Positions 51,265-60,534 of a stretch of DNA of 64,000 nt are shown piece after piece. Positions within the stretch are counted from its first letter, which is position 1; each line of letters begins with the position of its first letter. The stretch spans positions 10,795 to 74,794 of the forward strand of contig CAVVPE010000021.1 of assembly GCA_963750035.1 (NCBI GenBank). The letters are read 5' to 3'. The position numbers and the translations under genes were made by a program. The DNA comes from an uncultured Acidobacteriota bacterium. GTDB lineage: Bacteria > Acidobacteriota > Vicinamibacteria > Vicinamibacterales > CAVVIG01. The notes under the pieces are model-generated. The model ran no database searches and had not been told where the DNA came from. It saw only the letters and a list, made by a program, of their open reading frames with translations.

Positions 51265-53625
51265 TCAGGAACCGTCCTGGGGCGTAAAAGGTCGTGAAAC
51301 CGGTTGGCCGGGCTCGAGTGTTACTTCTTCCTCCAGATGACCGACGGTGAGCCCAGTCCCCTCGCGAAGGAGGTAAGTCACCAGACCCTTCCTCCCCTCG
51401 ATGTCCACCGTCAAGAGCTGTCCCCGGATGGTGAGATGGAAGCGGAGGCCGTCAACCCGGCGCCCAAGGCGAGGATGGAACGTGATTCGGCCGTTGTAGT
51501 CGCGCAGGCCGGCGACGCCGTAGATGGCCGCCATCCACGTCCCACCCATGGACGCAATGTGGCAGCCCTGCTCGACGTTGGCGTGGACATCCGCCAGGTC
51601 CATCCATAACGCATACCTGAGGTAATCGATCGCCTTCTCCCGGTAACCGAGCTCCATCGCCAGGATGCTCTGAATAGACACCGAAAGCGATGAGTCGCCG
51701 GTGGTCAAGGGATCGTAGTAGTCAAAATTCCGGCGTTTCTGTTCGAGCGAGAATTCGTTCCCTAGCAGGAACATCGCCAGGACGATGTCAACCTGCTTAA
51801 TGACGTTATGGCGGTAGATGACCAGCGGATGGAAATGCAGCAGCAGCGGGTAACTCTCTGGAGAGGTGTTCGCGAAGTCCCACGGCTCCCTGTTCAGGAA
51901 ATCGTCATCCTGGAGATGGATTCCCGCCGTCTCGTCGTACAGGACGTACATGCGGTCGGCGGCGGTCTGCCAATCGGTGACTTCTGACTCGCTGAGCGAG
52001 GTCGCATGGGCCAACTCGTCGAACCGCTCCGGCTTGGTCACGCGGATTCCCTCCAGCGTCTTTGCGGCCGCCCGGAGGTTGGCCCTCGCCATCAGGTTGG
52101 TAAACGCGTTGTTGTTGACAACGGTGTTGTACTCATCCGGCCCAGTGACGCCGTTGATACAGAACCGTCCGTTGTTGCGGCTCGAGTAGAAGCCCAGGCT
52201 TCGCCACATCCGCGCGGTCTCGATCAGCATTTCCGCGCCTTCTCGATACAGGAACTCTGTGTCGCCCGTGACGTCCACATACTTCATCAGGGCATAGGCA
52301 ATGTCCGCGTTGATGTGGTACTGGGCCGTCCCCGCCGCGTAGTTGGCCGAGGCTTCGTCCCCGTTAATGGTCCGCCAGGGGAAGAGGGCTCCCTGCTGGT
52401 TGACGTCACGTGCGCGTCTGCGAGCGGCGTCCAGCATGCGATACCGGAACCGCAGCAGGTTCCGCGCGACTTGCGGGCTGGTGTAAATCAGGAACGGAAG
52501 AACGTAGATCTCAGTGTCCCAGAAATAGTGGCCCTCGTATCCGTGCCCGGTCAGGCCTTTGGCTGGTACGCCCATTCCATCTGCGCGTGCGCTGGCCTGG
52601 CAAATGTGGAAAAGGTTGAAGCGCGTGACCTGCTGTAGCTCGACATCCCCCCGCACTTCAACGTCTGCCCGATCCCAGAACCTGCCCAGGTACACCTGCT
52701 GTCCGTCGGCGAGCCCGTCGAATCTCACGCTGCCTGCCCGATCGAGTGCCCTCTCGGCGCGCTCCGCGAGCTCTTCGGCGGGGTCGTGCGATGAAGTGTG
52801 GTAGGTCAGGAGCTTTGTCAGACGCACCGTGTGACCGGCGCGACCGTGGACGGAGATGACCACCCGGCCTCGTTCGTCCGATGACAAGTTTTTCAGGTCG
52901 TACGAGCCGTCCGTCTCGATCTGATGGTCCATTCCGCAGGCCAGCGTCATTCTGCTGGTCCGCGTCATCGCCATCAGAATCGCCATCCCGCCGGAAGCCC
53001 GCGAGCCCTGCGGAAGCAGGACTCGCCCCGCAAAGGCACGGCTTCCCCGTGGGTCACCCTCGAGCGGGCGTGTCTCTTCTTCGTACCGGAGCTCTGACGA
53101 AATCACGATGGGCGCCGCGGCGTTGAGCAGCGTGACCTCGTACGAGACGGCGGCGACGTGCCTGTGCTCGAAGGAAACGAGCCGTCGCGAGCGAACTCGA
53201 ATCCGCTTGCCCGAGCCCGTTTCCCAGGTCACGTCGCGTTCGAGGAGGCCGGTCCGCATGTCGAGGGCACGCTCGTAGTCGACCAGCGTGGCGCGAGCGA
53301 GATCGAACGGTTCGTCGTCCACGTAGAGCCGAATCAGTGTGGCGTCCGGTGCGTTGACGATGGTCTGTCCGCTGCTCGCGTACCCATAGGCGGGCTCGGG
53401 ATAGACGATCGGCCACGTTTCATGGAACGCGTTGAGCAGCGTTCCTTTCTGAAAAACGGGTGTCCCTTCGTCGAACATACCGCGGATGCCGAGGTAGCCG
53501 TTGGCGAGCGCAAACAGCGTCTCCATTTGCGCCATCCGAGGAGGATGGTATTTCTTCTCCACAAGCCGCCACGGGTGGTGCGGATAGATGAAGGTGGGGA
53601 AGGTCTGGATGTCGCGCCGGAGCAT
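51265..53625 (-). CDS. glycoside hydrolase family 65 disaccharide phosphorylase (trehalose/maltose/kojibiose-type)
   Basis: Intact 786-aa ORF: ETLFALANGYLGIRGMFDEG, KGLTGHGYEGHYFWDTEIYVLPF, GCHIASMGGTWMA. Confidence 0.92.
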   Translation of the reverse strand: MLRRDIQTFPTFIYPHHPWRLVEKKYHPPRMAQMETLFALANGYLGIRGMFDEGTPVFQKGTLLNAFHETWPIVYPEPAYGYASSGQTIVNAPDATLIRLYVDDEPFDLARATLVDYERALDMRTGLLERDVTWETGSGKRIRVRSRRLVSFEHRHVAAVSYEVTLLNAAAPIVISSELRYEEETRPLEGDPRGSRAFAGRVLLPQGSRASGGMAILMAMTRTSRMTLACGMDHQIETDGSYDLKNLSSDERGRVVISVHGRAGHTVRLTKLLTYHTSSHDPAEELAERAERALDRAGSVRFDGLADGQQVYLGRFWDRADVEVRGDVELQQVTRFNLFHICQASARADGMGVPAKGLTGHGYEGHYFWDTEIYVLPFLIYTSPQVARNLLRFRYRMLDAARRRARDVNQQGALFPWRTINGDEASANYAAGTAQYHINADIAYALMKYVDVTGDTEFLYREGAEMLIETARMWRSLGFYSSRNNGRFCINGVTGPDEYNTVVNNNAFTNLMARANLRAAAKTLEGIRVTKPERFDELAHATSLSESEVTDWQTAADRMYVLYDETAGIHLQDDDFLNREPWDFANTSPESYPLLLHFHPLVIYRHNVIKQVDIVLAMFLLGNEFSLEQKRRNFDYYDPLTTGDSSLSVSIQSILAMELGYREKAIDYLRYALWMDLADVHANVEQGCHIASMGGTWMAAIYGVAGLRDYNGRITFHPRLGRRVDGLRFHLTIRGQLLTVDIEGRKGLVTYLLREGTGLTVGHLEEEVTLEPGQPVSRPFTPQDGS

Positions 53626-53638
53626 GACCGTCAGCGTC

Positions 53639-54403
53639 TCAGGACCGTGGTGACAGCAATTCCTCGAGGTCTGCGACCACGAAGTCGGCTCCTTCGTGTC
53701 TCAACGCGTCGGCGTTGCCGGTTCGAGCGATTCCAATCACCAGTCCGAAGCCGCCCTTCTTCCCGGCTTGCACACCGGCAATGGCGTCCTCGACCACGAT
53801 GGCGCGCGCGGGCTCGACCCCGAGTTGTCGGGCGGCCGCCAGGAACATGTCCGGCTCCGGCTTCCCGGCAAGACCCAGATCTGAAGCGGTCCGACCGTCA
53901 ACACGGACATCGAAACGGGACTCGATCCGTGCCGCGGCGAGAATGGCGGCACAGTTTTCGCTCGAGGAAACCACCCCCATCTTGTATCCCTGCTTTCGCA
54001 GAAAGTCCACCGCCCTGACCGACCCCGGATATGCTTCGACGCCTTCCCTCGCCATGATCTCGTTGACCAACGCATTTTTGTGGTTGCCGAGTCCGCAGAC
54101 GGTTTCAGCGGTTGGCGGATCGGTCGGTGCTCCGTACGGCAGACCGATTTGTCGGGATGCCAGGAAGCTGCTGACCCCATCGAAGCGCGGCCTGCCGTCG
54201 ACGTATCGTCGGTAGTCTTCACCGCTGTCGAAGGGGATGAAATGTCGATCCTGCGCTCCGGTCTGGCGCTGCAGGAAGATGTCGAACATCTGCTTCCACG
54301 CGGCTGCATGGAGCGTGGCGGTCGCCGTCAACACACCGTCCAGGTCGAACAGAATCGCGTCGAAGCGTTCTCGTGTGATCTCGGGGAACGAAATCATGCA
54401 CAT
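53639..54403 (-). CDS. pgmB: beta-phosphoglucomutase-family HAD hydrolase
   Basis: Intact ORF: FDAILFDLDGVLTATATLHAAAW, SSSENCAAIL, GKPEPDMFLAAARQLGVEPARAIVVEDAIAGVQAG. It lies 13 nt upstream of the GH65 start. Confidence 0.9.
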   Translation of the reverse strand: MCMISFPEITRERFDAILFDLDGVLTATATLHAAAWKQMFDIFLQRQTGAQDRHFIPFDSGEDYRRYVDGRPRFDGVSSFLASRQIGLPYGAPTDPPTAETVCGLGNHKNALVNEIMAREGVEAYPGSVRAVDFLRKQGYKMGVVSSSENCAAILAAARIESRFDVRVDGRTASDLGLAGKPEPDMFLAAARQLGVEPARAIVVEDAIAGVQAGKKGGFGLVIGIARTGNADALRHEGADFVVADLEELLSPRS

Positions 54404-54549
54404 CTCCCTTTAACAGCGTGGCCCGAACGTGTCCGCTGCCGGAGTCATAGCCCGAGCACAACTCTCATGCCGTCGAGGGCCCCGCATCGCAAGGGCATGT
54501 TCTGGCCCGACTGGTCGATGCGTCGGTGTCCCTCTCGTCACTCTCGAAT

Positions 54550-56052
54550 CTAGCCCGACTGCAGAATCGCGGTCCTTGAATCGGACGTCCGGCTAAAGCC
54601 GGACGCTGCGTCAGGCACGAGCGATCTCGCTTCCAGGAGCGCGCGGCGATCGACCAGCCAGACGACGGCTGCATAGACGCTCAGTGAAACAACCGCGGCC
54701 GCCGCGAACGAGAGTGGACCGTCCACTCTCGACGCAAGCACGAACCGTCCGGTGGCTGCGGTCAAGCAGGCGGCCGCCCATGGAACTCGGAGCCGCCTCC
54801 AGAACCGCGCCTCTGGCAGCATCCTCCGCAGCACCTCGGCGATCACGATGTTGCCAATGACGACGTGCGACGCGTATCCGATGGCGAAGCCGAGCGTGCC
54901 GCCGAGTGCCGTGCCGATTGGGACCGCGATCCAGGTAATGACCGTCCACAGCAGCGCCACGCGCGCGAACACACCTGGACGGCCGATCGCATCGAGCGCG
55001 GACGCGACCAGCGGCGACAGGAAGCCAATCGAAATCGCCACGGAAAAGACAACCAGCAGCGGGACCGCCGGTAACCACTGCTCCGAGAACACGTAACGCG
55101 TAAGTGGCTCGCCGAGGCCGATGAACAGCCCGACACAGCCGCAGGTGACGAACGCGCACAGGTGAATCGCGCGGCCGAGCGACTCGCCGACGAGCGCGCG
55201 GTCGTGCTGCAGCCGGGCGAACAGCGGAAAGCCGACGGTCCGCAGCGTGTCCACCATCTTCAGCGGAAAGTAAGCGGTCTGCCGCGCCCAGTTCAGGTAG
55301 CCGACCGCGGTGACGCCGAGCTCGCGTCCGCCCCAGAACGGCGTCACCGCGTCGTTGACGAGGCTGATGACGTTGCGCGACTGCTGCGCCAGGCCGAAGC
55401 GCATCAGCGGCCGGACCTCCGCCCAGGCGAACGTGGCCCGCGGGCGCCAGCCGGAAACGGCATAGGCGATCACGGTCACCAGGCTTGCGCGTCCGATCAC
55501 GGCCGCAGCCAGCGACCACACGCCCCAACCCAGGAGTGCGAGGACGACAGCCACGCCGTAGAAGGCCGCGCCGCCGGCGACGTCGATCAGCGAGAGTGCC
55601 CCGAAGCGCAACCGCCGCTCGAGCAGCAGCATTGGCGCGATGCGCAAGCTGACGAGCACGAAATCCACGGCCATGACCTGCATCAGCAGCGCCGAATCAG
55701 GCGGCAAATCGGGCCAGACGACCGGGATCGCTCCAGCCGCGGCGGCGACCGCCGCCATCAGGACAAAAGATGCCGCGAGCTGGAGATAGAAGACGCTGGA
55801 AAGCTGTCGATCCGTCGGCGGCGTCGCCTGTCGCACCAGCGCGCCGCCGACGCCCGTGTCCCCGAAGAACGCGACAATCGCGAGCACCGACTGGACGATG
55901 GCGAAGACGCCGAATTCGTGCGGCGTCAGCAGCCGCATCAGTGCGATGCTGCCCCCGAACACGACCACTTGCATGACGACCGTGCGCGACACCAGCGCGA
56001 GAATGCCCCGCGTCGCCAATCCGTTCAGAGTGGAGAGATCGATATCATTCAC
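54550..56052 (-). CDS. Wzx/MOP-type oligosaccharide flippase
   Basis: Intact 500-aa multi-TM ORF with GTG start (VSRTVVMQVVVFGGSIALMRLLTPHEFGVFAIVQSVLAIVAFFGDTGVGGALV...). The last ~20 codons run through a REP-like hairpin. A TGA in a neighbouring frame at 54613-54611 may be the true stop. Confidence 0.85.
   Translation of the reverse strand: MNDIDLSTLNGLATRGILALVSRTVVMQVVVFGGSIALMRLLTPHEFGVFAIVQSVLAIVAFFGDTGVGGALVRQATPPTDRQLSSVFYLQLAASFVLMAAVAAAAGAIPVVWPDLPPDSALLMQVMAVDFVLVSLRIAPMLLLERRLRFGALSLIDVAGGAAFYGVAVVLALLGWGVWSLAAAVIGRASLVTVIAYAVSGWRPRATFAWAEVRPLMRFGLAQQSRNVISLVNDAVTPFWGGRELGVTAVGYLNWARQTAYFPLKMVDTLRTVGFPLFARLQHDRALVGESLGRAIHLCAFVTCGCVGLFIGLGEPLTRYVFSEQWLPAVPLLVVFSVAISIGFLSPLVASALDAIGRPGVFARVALLWTVITWIAVPIGTALGGTLGFAIGYASHVVIGNIVIAEVLRRMLPEARFWRRLRVPWAAACLTAATGRFVLASRVDGPLSFAAAAVVSLSVYAAVVWLVDRRALLEARSLVPDAASGFSRTSDSRTAILQSG
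54587..54604. repeat. REP-like hairpin GTCCGGC-TAAA-GCCGGAC
   Basis: It has the same arms as the hairpin at 40059-40077 (GTCCGGC-TGAAC-GCCGGAC). Both are followed by GCT. Confidence 0.55.
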
Positions 56053-56073
56053 CGCAGGCTCATCCTAGCATCC

Positions 56074-56138
56074 TGTCGTTCGACGTTCGTCGTTCGTCGG
56101 GATCTCGTCGAACGTCGAACGCCCGAACGACGAACGGC
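56074..56138. repeat. inverted arrays of CGTTCG(T/A) heptamers filling an 87-nt intergenic spacer
   Basis: TGTCGTTCGACGTTCGTCGTTCGTCGGG ATC TCGTCGAACGTCGAACGCCCGAACGACGAACGGC. Positions 56077-56089 pair perfectly with 56109-56121 (13 bp), and alternative slipped registers exist. Confidence 0.75.
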
Positions 56139-56139
56139 T

Positions 56140-56928
56140 CTATCTCAGTAATGCAACCAGCAGCACGTTTCCCACCGTGAGAAACGCGACGAGCGCGAGT
56201 GTGAGCGCGTCAGACCAGAACGCGGACACAGCGAGTGCCAGATACAGCACGGCGAGGTGCGAGCCGAGGCCGAGTGCCGTCCAAGTACGCATGCGCTCCG
56301 TTGTCAGCGCGGATGGCGCAAACCCCGGCAGCGCCTCAGCGACCGCGCGGAGAGTCCCAACGTACTGGCGAAAGAACCAGAGGAGAAACGACCCGGCAAT
56401 CTCAATCTGCGCCAATTCTTCCTGCGTGGGGAGCGGCCGCGCTCCGATGCGCGACAAGTAGGTCCGCTTCGCGAAGTCGAACAACGAGCACTGGAGACCG
56501 TAGCTGCCCATGGCGACCAGGCCGAGCCCCCACAACATTTCCTCCCCCGACTGCCGCACCAACGTGTAGGTGATGCCGCTGAGAACGGCGAGGTTGACGG
56601 CGAGGTCGGCAAGCCCGTCGAACATGTCGCCCGTGCGCGAGGCCGTGCCCCGAATACGCGCCAGCTGACCGTCGACGCAATCCAGGATCACCGCCGTAAA
56701 GAGGAGCGCCGCCGCCGCGAGCCGCAGCGCCGGAGACTCGACGGCGAAAAACACCAGGATGCCGGCGGCGACACCAGTTGCGCCCGCCAGAGCGGTCACC
56801 TGGTTGGGTGTGATGGAGGTTGCGGCCAGCGGCCGGACGAGGATCGCGGCCAGCGGGCGATGGAGGCGTCGGTCAATCCATTCTTCGGCAACACCGGAAG
56901 GGGCGACCACGGGCCCCGAGCGGCTCAT
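56140..56928 (-). CDS. CDP-alcohol phosphatidyltransferase-family membrane protein
   Basis: ORF 56140..57171 trimmed to ATG 56928, which overlaps the upstream stop (ATGA). Complete signature DCVDGQLARIRGTASRTGDMFDGLAD (D-x2-D-G-x2-A-R-x8-G-x3-D-x3-D). Multi-TM. Confidence 0.88.
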   Translation of the reverse strand: MSRSGPVVAPSGVAEEWIDRRLHRPLAAILVRPLAATSITPNQVTALAGATGVAAGILVFFAVESPALRLAAAALLFTAVILDCVDGQLARIRGTASRTGDMFDGLADLAVNLAVLSGITYTLVRQSGEEMLWGLGLVAMGSYGLQCSLFDFAKRTYLSRIGARPLPTQEELAQIEIAGSFLLWFFRQYVGTLRAVAEALPGFAPSALTTERMRTWTALGLGSHLAVLYLALAVSAFWSDALTLALVAFLTVGNVLLVALLR

Positions 56929-57980
56929 TGCGCCGGCGCAGGGTCGAGCCGGCGAATCGCGTCGAGGACGCGCGCGCACTGCGAGAGCGTGCCAACCGTC
57001 ACGCGAACGAAGCCGCCCAGCTGCGGCAGCTCGCTGCGATCCCTGACCAGAAGGCCTTCGCCGCGCATCCGCTCGCAGAAGCCGGGCGGATCGGCGAGGC
57101 GCAAGAGGATGAAGTTCACGGGACTGGGAACAACCGTGTGGCCGAGGGCGCGAAGCGCCTCGACGAGCCATGCGCGCGCCGCAGATACCTCTTCGACGTA
57201 GCGTTGCATGTACGGCAGATCGTCGAGGGCGGCCACCGCCGCCACCTGGGCGGCGGCATTGACGTCACGGCCGCTCCAGAAGCGGCGCAGGCGTGCGGCG
57301 AGCGCCTCAGTCGACACCGTGTACCCGCACCGAAGCCCGGCGAGGCCGAACGCTTTCGAAAACGAGCGCATGACCAGGAGGTTCTCGAAACGATCAATCA
57401 ACGGAACCGCGGTCACCCCTGCAAACTCGAAGTAGGTCTCGTCGACGATCAGCACGCCGCCGGCAAGCCGCGCCAGCAAGGCAGAGAGTTCGTCCAGCGA
57501 GAAGGTCCGCCCGGTGGGATTGTCCGGGTTCGACAAGTAGACGATTCGCGTGTCGGAGTCGATGGCCCTGAGGAGCAGCGCCACATCCGGCGTGAACGGG
57601 TCGGCGGCATGGACCAGCTCGACCGTCAGGCCGGCGGCTTCGGCTGATCGGCGGAACCGATCGTAGGTGGGCGCGGCGACACAGACTCGATCGCCCCGCG
57701 ACGCGAACGTCCGCACCGCGCACTCGATCGCGGCATCACAGCCGTTGAATGGAAGCACTTCCGCGTCGCTGCGCGAGGTGTACTCGGCGAGGCGCGTGCG
57801 GACTATCGACGCCTCACTGTCGGGATACCACGAGGCGCGGCCTTCTTCCAGGAACTCCCGAAGGCGAGCTGCCACGAGGGGCGTCGGCGCAATCGTCGAC
57901 TCGTTGGCGTCGAGCTTCAGCACGGCAGCGCCCGGCGCGGCAGGAGTCGCCGGCCGCGATCCAGTGGCGCTGGTCAGCAC
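56925..57980 (-). CDS. class I/II PLP-dependent aminotransferase-fold enzyme (HisC/CobD-like)
   Basis: Intact ORF: LKLDANESTIAPTP, IVYLSNPDNPTG, MRSFSKAFGLAGLRCGY (PLP lysine). Start is probably GTG 57980; the longer track ORF would cross the divergent GT4 start. Confidence 0.85.
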   Translation of the reverse strand: MLTSATGSRPATPAAPGAAVLKLDANESTIAPTPLVAARLREFLEEGRASWYPDSEASIVRTRLAEYTSRSDAEVLPFNGCDAAIECAVRTFASRGDRVCVAAPTYDRFRRSAEAAGLTVELVHAADPFTPDVALLLRAIDSDTRIVYLSNPDNPTGRTFSLDELSALLARLAGGVLIVDETYFEFAGVTAVPLIDRFENLLVMRSFSKAFGLAGLRCGYTVSTEALAARLRRFWSGRDVNAAAQVAAVAALDDLPYMQRYVEEVSAARAWLVEALRALGHTVVPSPVNFILLRLADPPGFCERMRGEGLLVRDRSELPQLGGFVRVTVGTLSQCARVLDAIRRLDPAPAQ

Positions 57981-57998
57981 GAAGCAGACTCTAGCACA

Positions 57999-59112
57999 AT
58001 GCTTTCGATGCCGAGGATCGGCCTCGATGCGCGAATGATCGGTCCCACGCCGACGGGTCTCGGCACATACGCGCGCGGCCTCGTCCGCGCGCTCACGACG
58101 ATCGATCACGCAAACACGTACGTCGTCATCCGCGGACTACGCGCGGGTGGACCCATCGTGTCAGGACCGAATGTCGAGGACGCGATCCTTCCGGGCGAGC
58201 TCGACACCCCGCGGAATCTCCTGCACGGCGCCGCGATTTCGCGCCTGGGCCTCGACCTCTATCACAGCCTGCATCACTTCCTCCCACTCGGCCTGCGGGT
58301 ACCGCGCGTGGTGCTGACGCTTCACGATCTCATCTGGCTCGAGCACGCACACCTCATCATCGATGGCCGGTTCGGCGCCATTCATCGGGCGGCCACCCGC
58401 GTCTTCGCACGCGTCACGATGCGCCTTGCCGTTCGCCGGGCGGATCGCGTCATCTCCGTCTCGGGCCACTCGGCGCAGCGGGCCCTGGCCTATTACCAGC
58501 TCAATCCGCGGCGCCTGACCGTCGTGCACCACGGTCTCGACCACCAGGCGTTCGCCTTTCAGTTTCCGTCGGCGAGGAGCGATCGATACTTCATCGCGGT
58601 CGGCAACACACGTCCGTACAAGAACATCGCGACGGCGATCAAGGCCTTTGCGATGTGCGCGCAAGCGGATGCCGACGTCCGTCTCGTGATCGCCGGCCGC
58701 GGTGATGCCATCGCGACGCTTCGGCCGCTGGCCGCCCGCCTGGGCGTCGCGGATCGCGTCCGGTTCGCTGGCCCGCTGGCCCAGGATGAGCTGCTCGCGC
58801 TGCTGCACGGGGCGACCGCGCTCGTCTTCCCGTCACTGATCGAGGGATTCGGACTGCCGGTGCTGGAAGCGATGGCCGCCGGCTGCCCCGTGATTGGATC
58901 GCGAATCCCGACGGTGCAGGAGATTGCCGACGACGCCGCGCTCTTCGCGGAGCCGTCGAGTCCGGATGAGTTTGCCGCCGCGATGAGCCGGCTGCTGGTA
59001 GACGAAGGCACTGCGCAGCGACCTGGTCATGCGCGGGTGCCAGCGCGCGTCGCGGTTCTCCTGGGAGCGCTGCGCCGCTGAAACGCTCGCGGTCTACCAG
59101 GAATTGCTGTGA
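57999..59112 (+). CDS. GT4-family glycosyltransferase, C-terminal frameshift near 59000
   Basis: MLSMPRIGLDARMIGPTPTGLGTYARGL, LTLHDLIWLEH, ALVFPSLIEGFGLPVLEAMAAGCPVIGS. The tail ALRSDLVMRGCQRASRFSWERCAAETLAVYQELL is in the neighbouring frame and ends with TGA 59110-59112. Confidence 0.85.
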
Positions 59113-59128
59113 TAGTATCGCCGCCTCA

Positions 59129-59815
59129 ATGCGGCCGCTCGACGCGATCCTCTTCGATCTCGGCGGTACGCTCGACGGCCGTCACGGATGGCGCGACCGG
59201 TTTCATCGCCTCCTCCCCGGCGCCGGCATCGCCTGCTCGCGAGACCAGCGGGCGGCGGCCTTCGACTACGCGGAATCCCGATCACACGCCGAACCGGGGA
59301 TGGCAACCTCCGAATTGCGCCACATGGTGACGTGCCACGTCGGCTGGCAGCTCGAGTTCCTCGGCCGCCGCCCAGCCGGCGCCGTTGCGCAGATCGTCAA
59401 TTCGTTCATCGGCGACATCTATCAGGCAGCGGCGGTCAACCGGCTGGTGCTCGCCGAACTGGCCCGTTGCGGATTCAAGCTCGGCGTCGTCTCGAACGGC
59501 TGCGGCAACACCGCTGGTCTCTGCGAAGAGTACGGATACGCGAACACGCTGGCCGTCATGGTCGATTCACGCGAGTTCGGCGCGGCCAAACCCGACCCGT
59601 CGATCTTCCGCCATGCGCTGTCCCTCATCGGCAGCCTGCCGGAGCGGACGGCATTCGTCGGCGACTCGCTCGATCGGGATATCGATCCGGCAAAGTCGTT
59701 GGGCATGCACACGTTCTGGATCGCCGGCCGTGACGCGCGGCTTGCGCGGCGGGCTGACGCAATCCTCGACAGCGTTGCCGAGCTTCCCGCCGCGCTGGAT
59801 CGATGGTCCGCCTGA
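59129..59815 (+). CDS. HAD-superfamily hydrolase (phosphatase-like)
   Basis: Intact ORF: LDAILFDLGGTLDG, LGVVSNGCGN, AAKPDPSIFRHAL, AFVGDSLDRDIDPAKSLGMHTFWI. Confidence 0.85.
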   Translation: MRPLDAILFDLGGTLDGRHGWRDRFHRLLPGAGIACSRDQRAAAFDYAESRSHAEPGMATSELRHMVTCHVGWQLEFLGRRPAGAVAQIVNSFIGDIYQAAAVNRLVLAELARCGFKLGVVSNGCGNTAGLCEEYGYANTLAVMVDSREFGAAKPDPSIFRHALSLIGSLPERTAFVGDSLDRDIDPAKSLGMHTFWIAGRDARLARRADAILDSVAELPAALDRWSA

Positions 59816-60534
59816 TGCGCGCCGGAATTTTCGCCGCCGGATTCGGTGCGCGGCTGCGTCCGGATGCCGACCCCACCGGAACCCCCAAGGCACTGACGCG
59901 CGTGGCCGGACGTCCTCTGATCGACTGGGTCCTGTCGGATCTCGAGCGGGCCGCCGTCGAGCAGGTCGTCGTGATCGTCAACGAAGGTTCGACATCGATA
60001 CGGGATCACGTGGAGAAGAGCGGCAGGGCCAGCGTCACCTGGCTGGTCGAGACGACCGCGTCGTCGATGCACAGTTTTCTCCGTGTGCTGGAGGAGCTTG
60101 CCCGCGACGGAGACGACGGGCCGTTTCTCATCACGGCCGTCGACACGATCGCGCCAGCCGGGACGTTTCGACAATTCGCCGAGATTGCGGCCGCGGCGCC
60201 ATCGGCTGACATCGTCTTCGGCCTGACGACGTTCGTAGACGACGAGAATCCGTTGCGAATTGATCTGGCCGACCATTCGACCGCTGTGGCTGAGGTCACC
60301 TCCGTCGGTGACGGTCCGTACGCAACCGCCGGCTACTTTCTGGTCAGGCCCAGTGTGCTTCGCGAAGCCGGCGTGGCGCGCGCCAGCAGCTTCGGCGCGC
60401 TGCGTGTCTACCTGCGCCACCTCTTTGACCGCGGATACCGCATGTCAGGGGTCAGGATGGCGGATTCGATCGACGTCGACCGTCCGTCGGACGTCGCGAC
60501 GGCCGAGCGACTGCTCCGAGCGTCACTCTCATGA
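59815..60534 (+). CDS. sugar/alcohol-phosphate nucleotidyltransferase (NTP_transferase fold)
   Basis: ATG 59815 shares one base with the HAD stop (TGATG). MRAGIFAAGFGARLRP...PKALTRVAGRPLIDWVL...VVVIVNEG. Intact. Confidence 0.8.
   Translation: MRAGIFAAGFGARLRPDADPTGTPKALTRVAGRPLIDWVLSDLERAAVEQVVVIVNEGSTSIRDHVEKSGRASVTWLVETTASSMHSFLRVLEELARDGDDGPFLITAVDTIAPAGTFRQFAEIAAAAPSADIVFGLTTFVDDENPLRIDLADHSTAVAEVTSVGDGPYATAGYFLVRPSVLREAGVARASSFGALRVYLRHLFDRGYRMSGVRMADSIDVDRPSDVATAERLLRASLS

Noticed and set aside
57981-57998. Only 18 nt between the divergent starts of the PLP enzyme and GT4
   Set aside because: This probably reflects uncertainty in start-codon choice. A downstream GTG before LKLDANES and ATG 58008 are alternatives. 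It is unlikely to be a meaningful shared promoter, so no claim is made.
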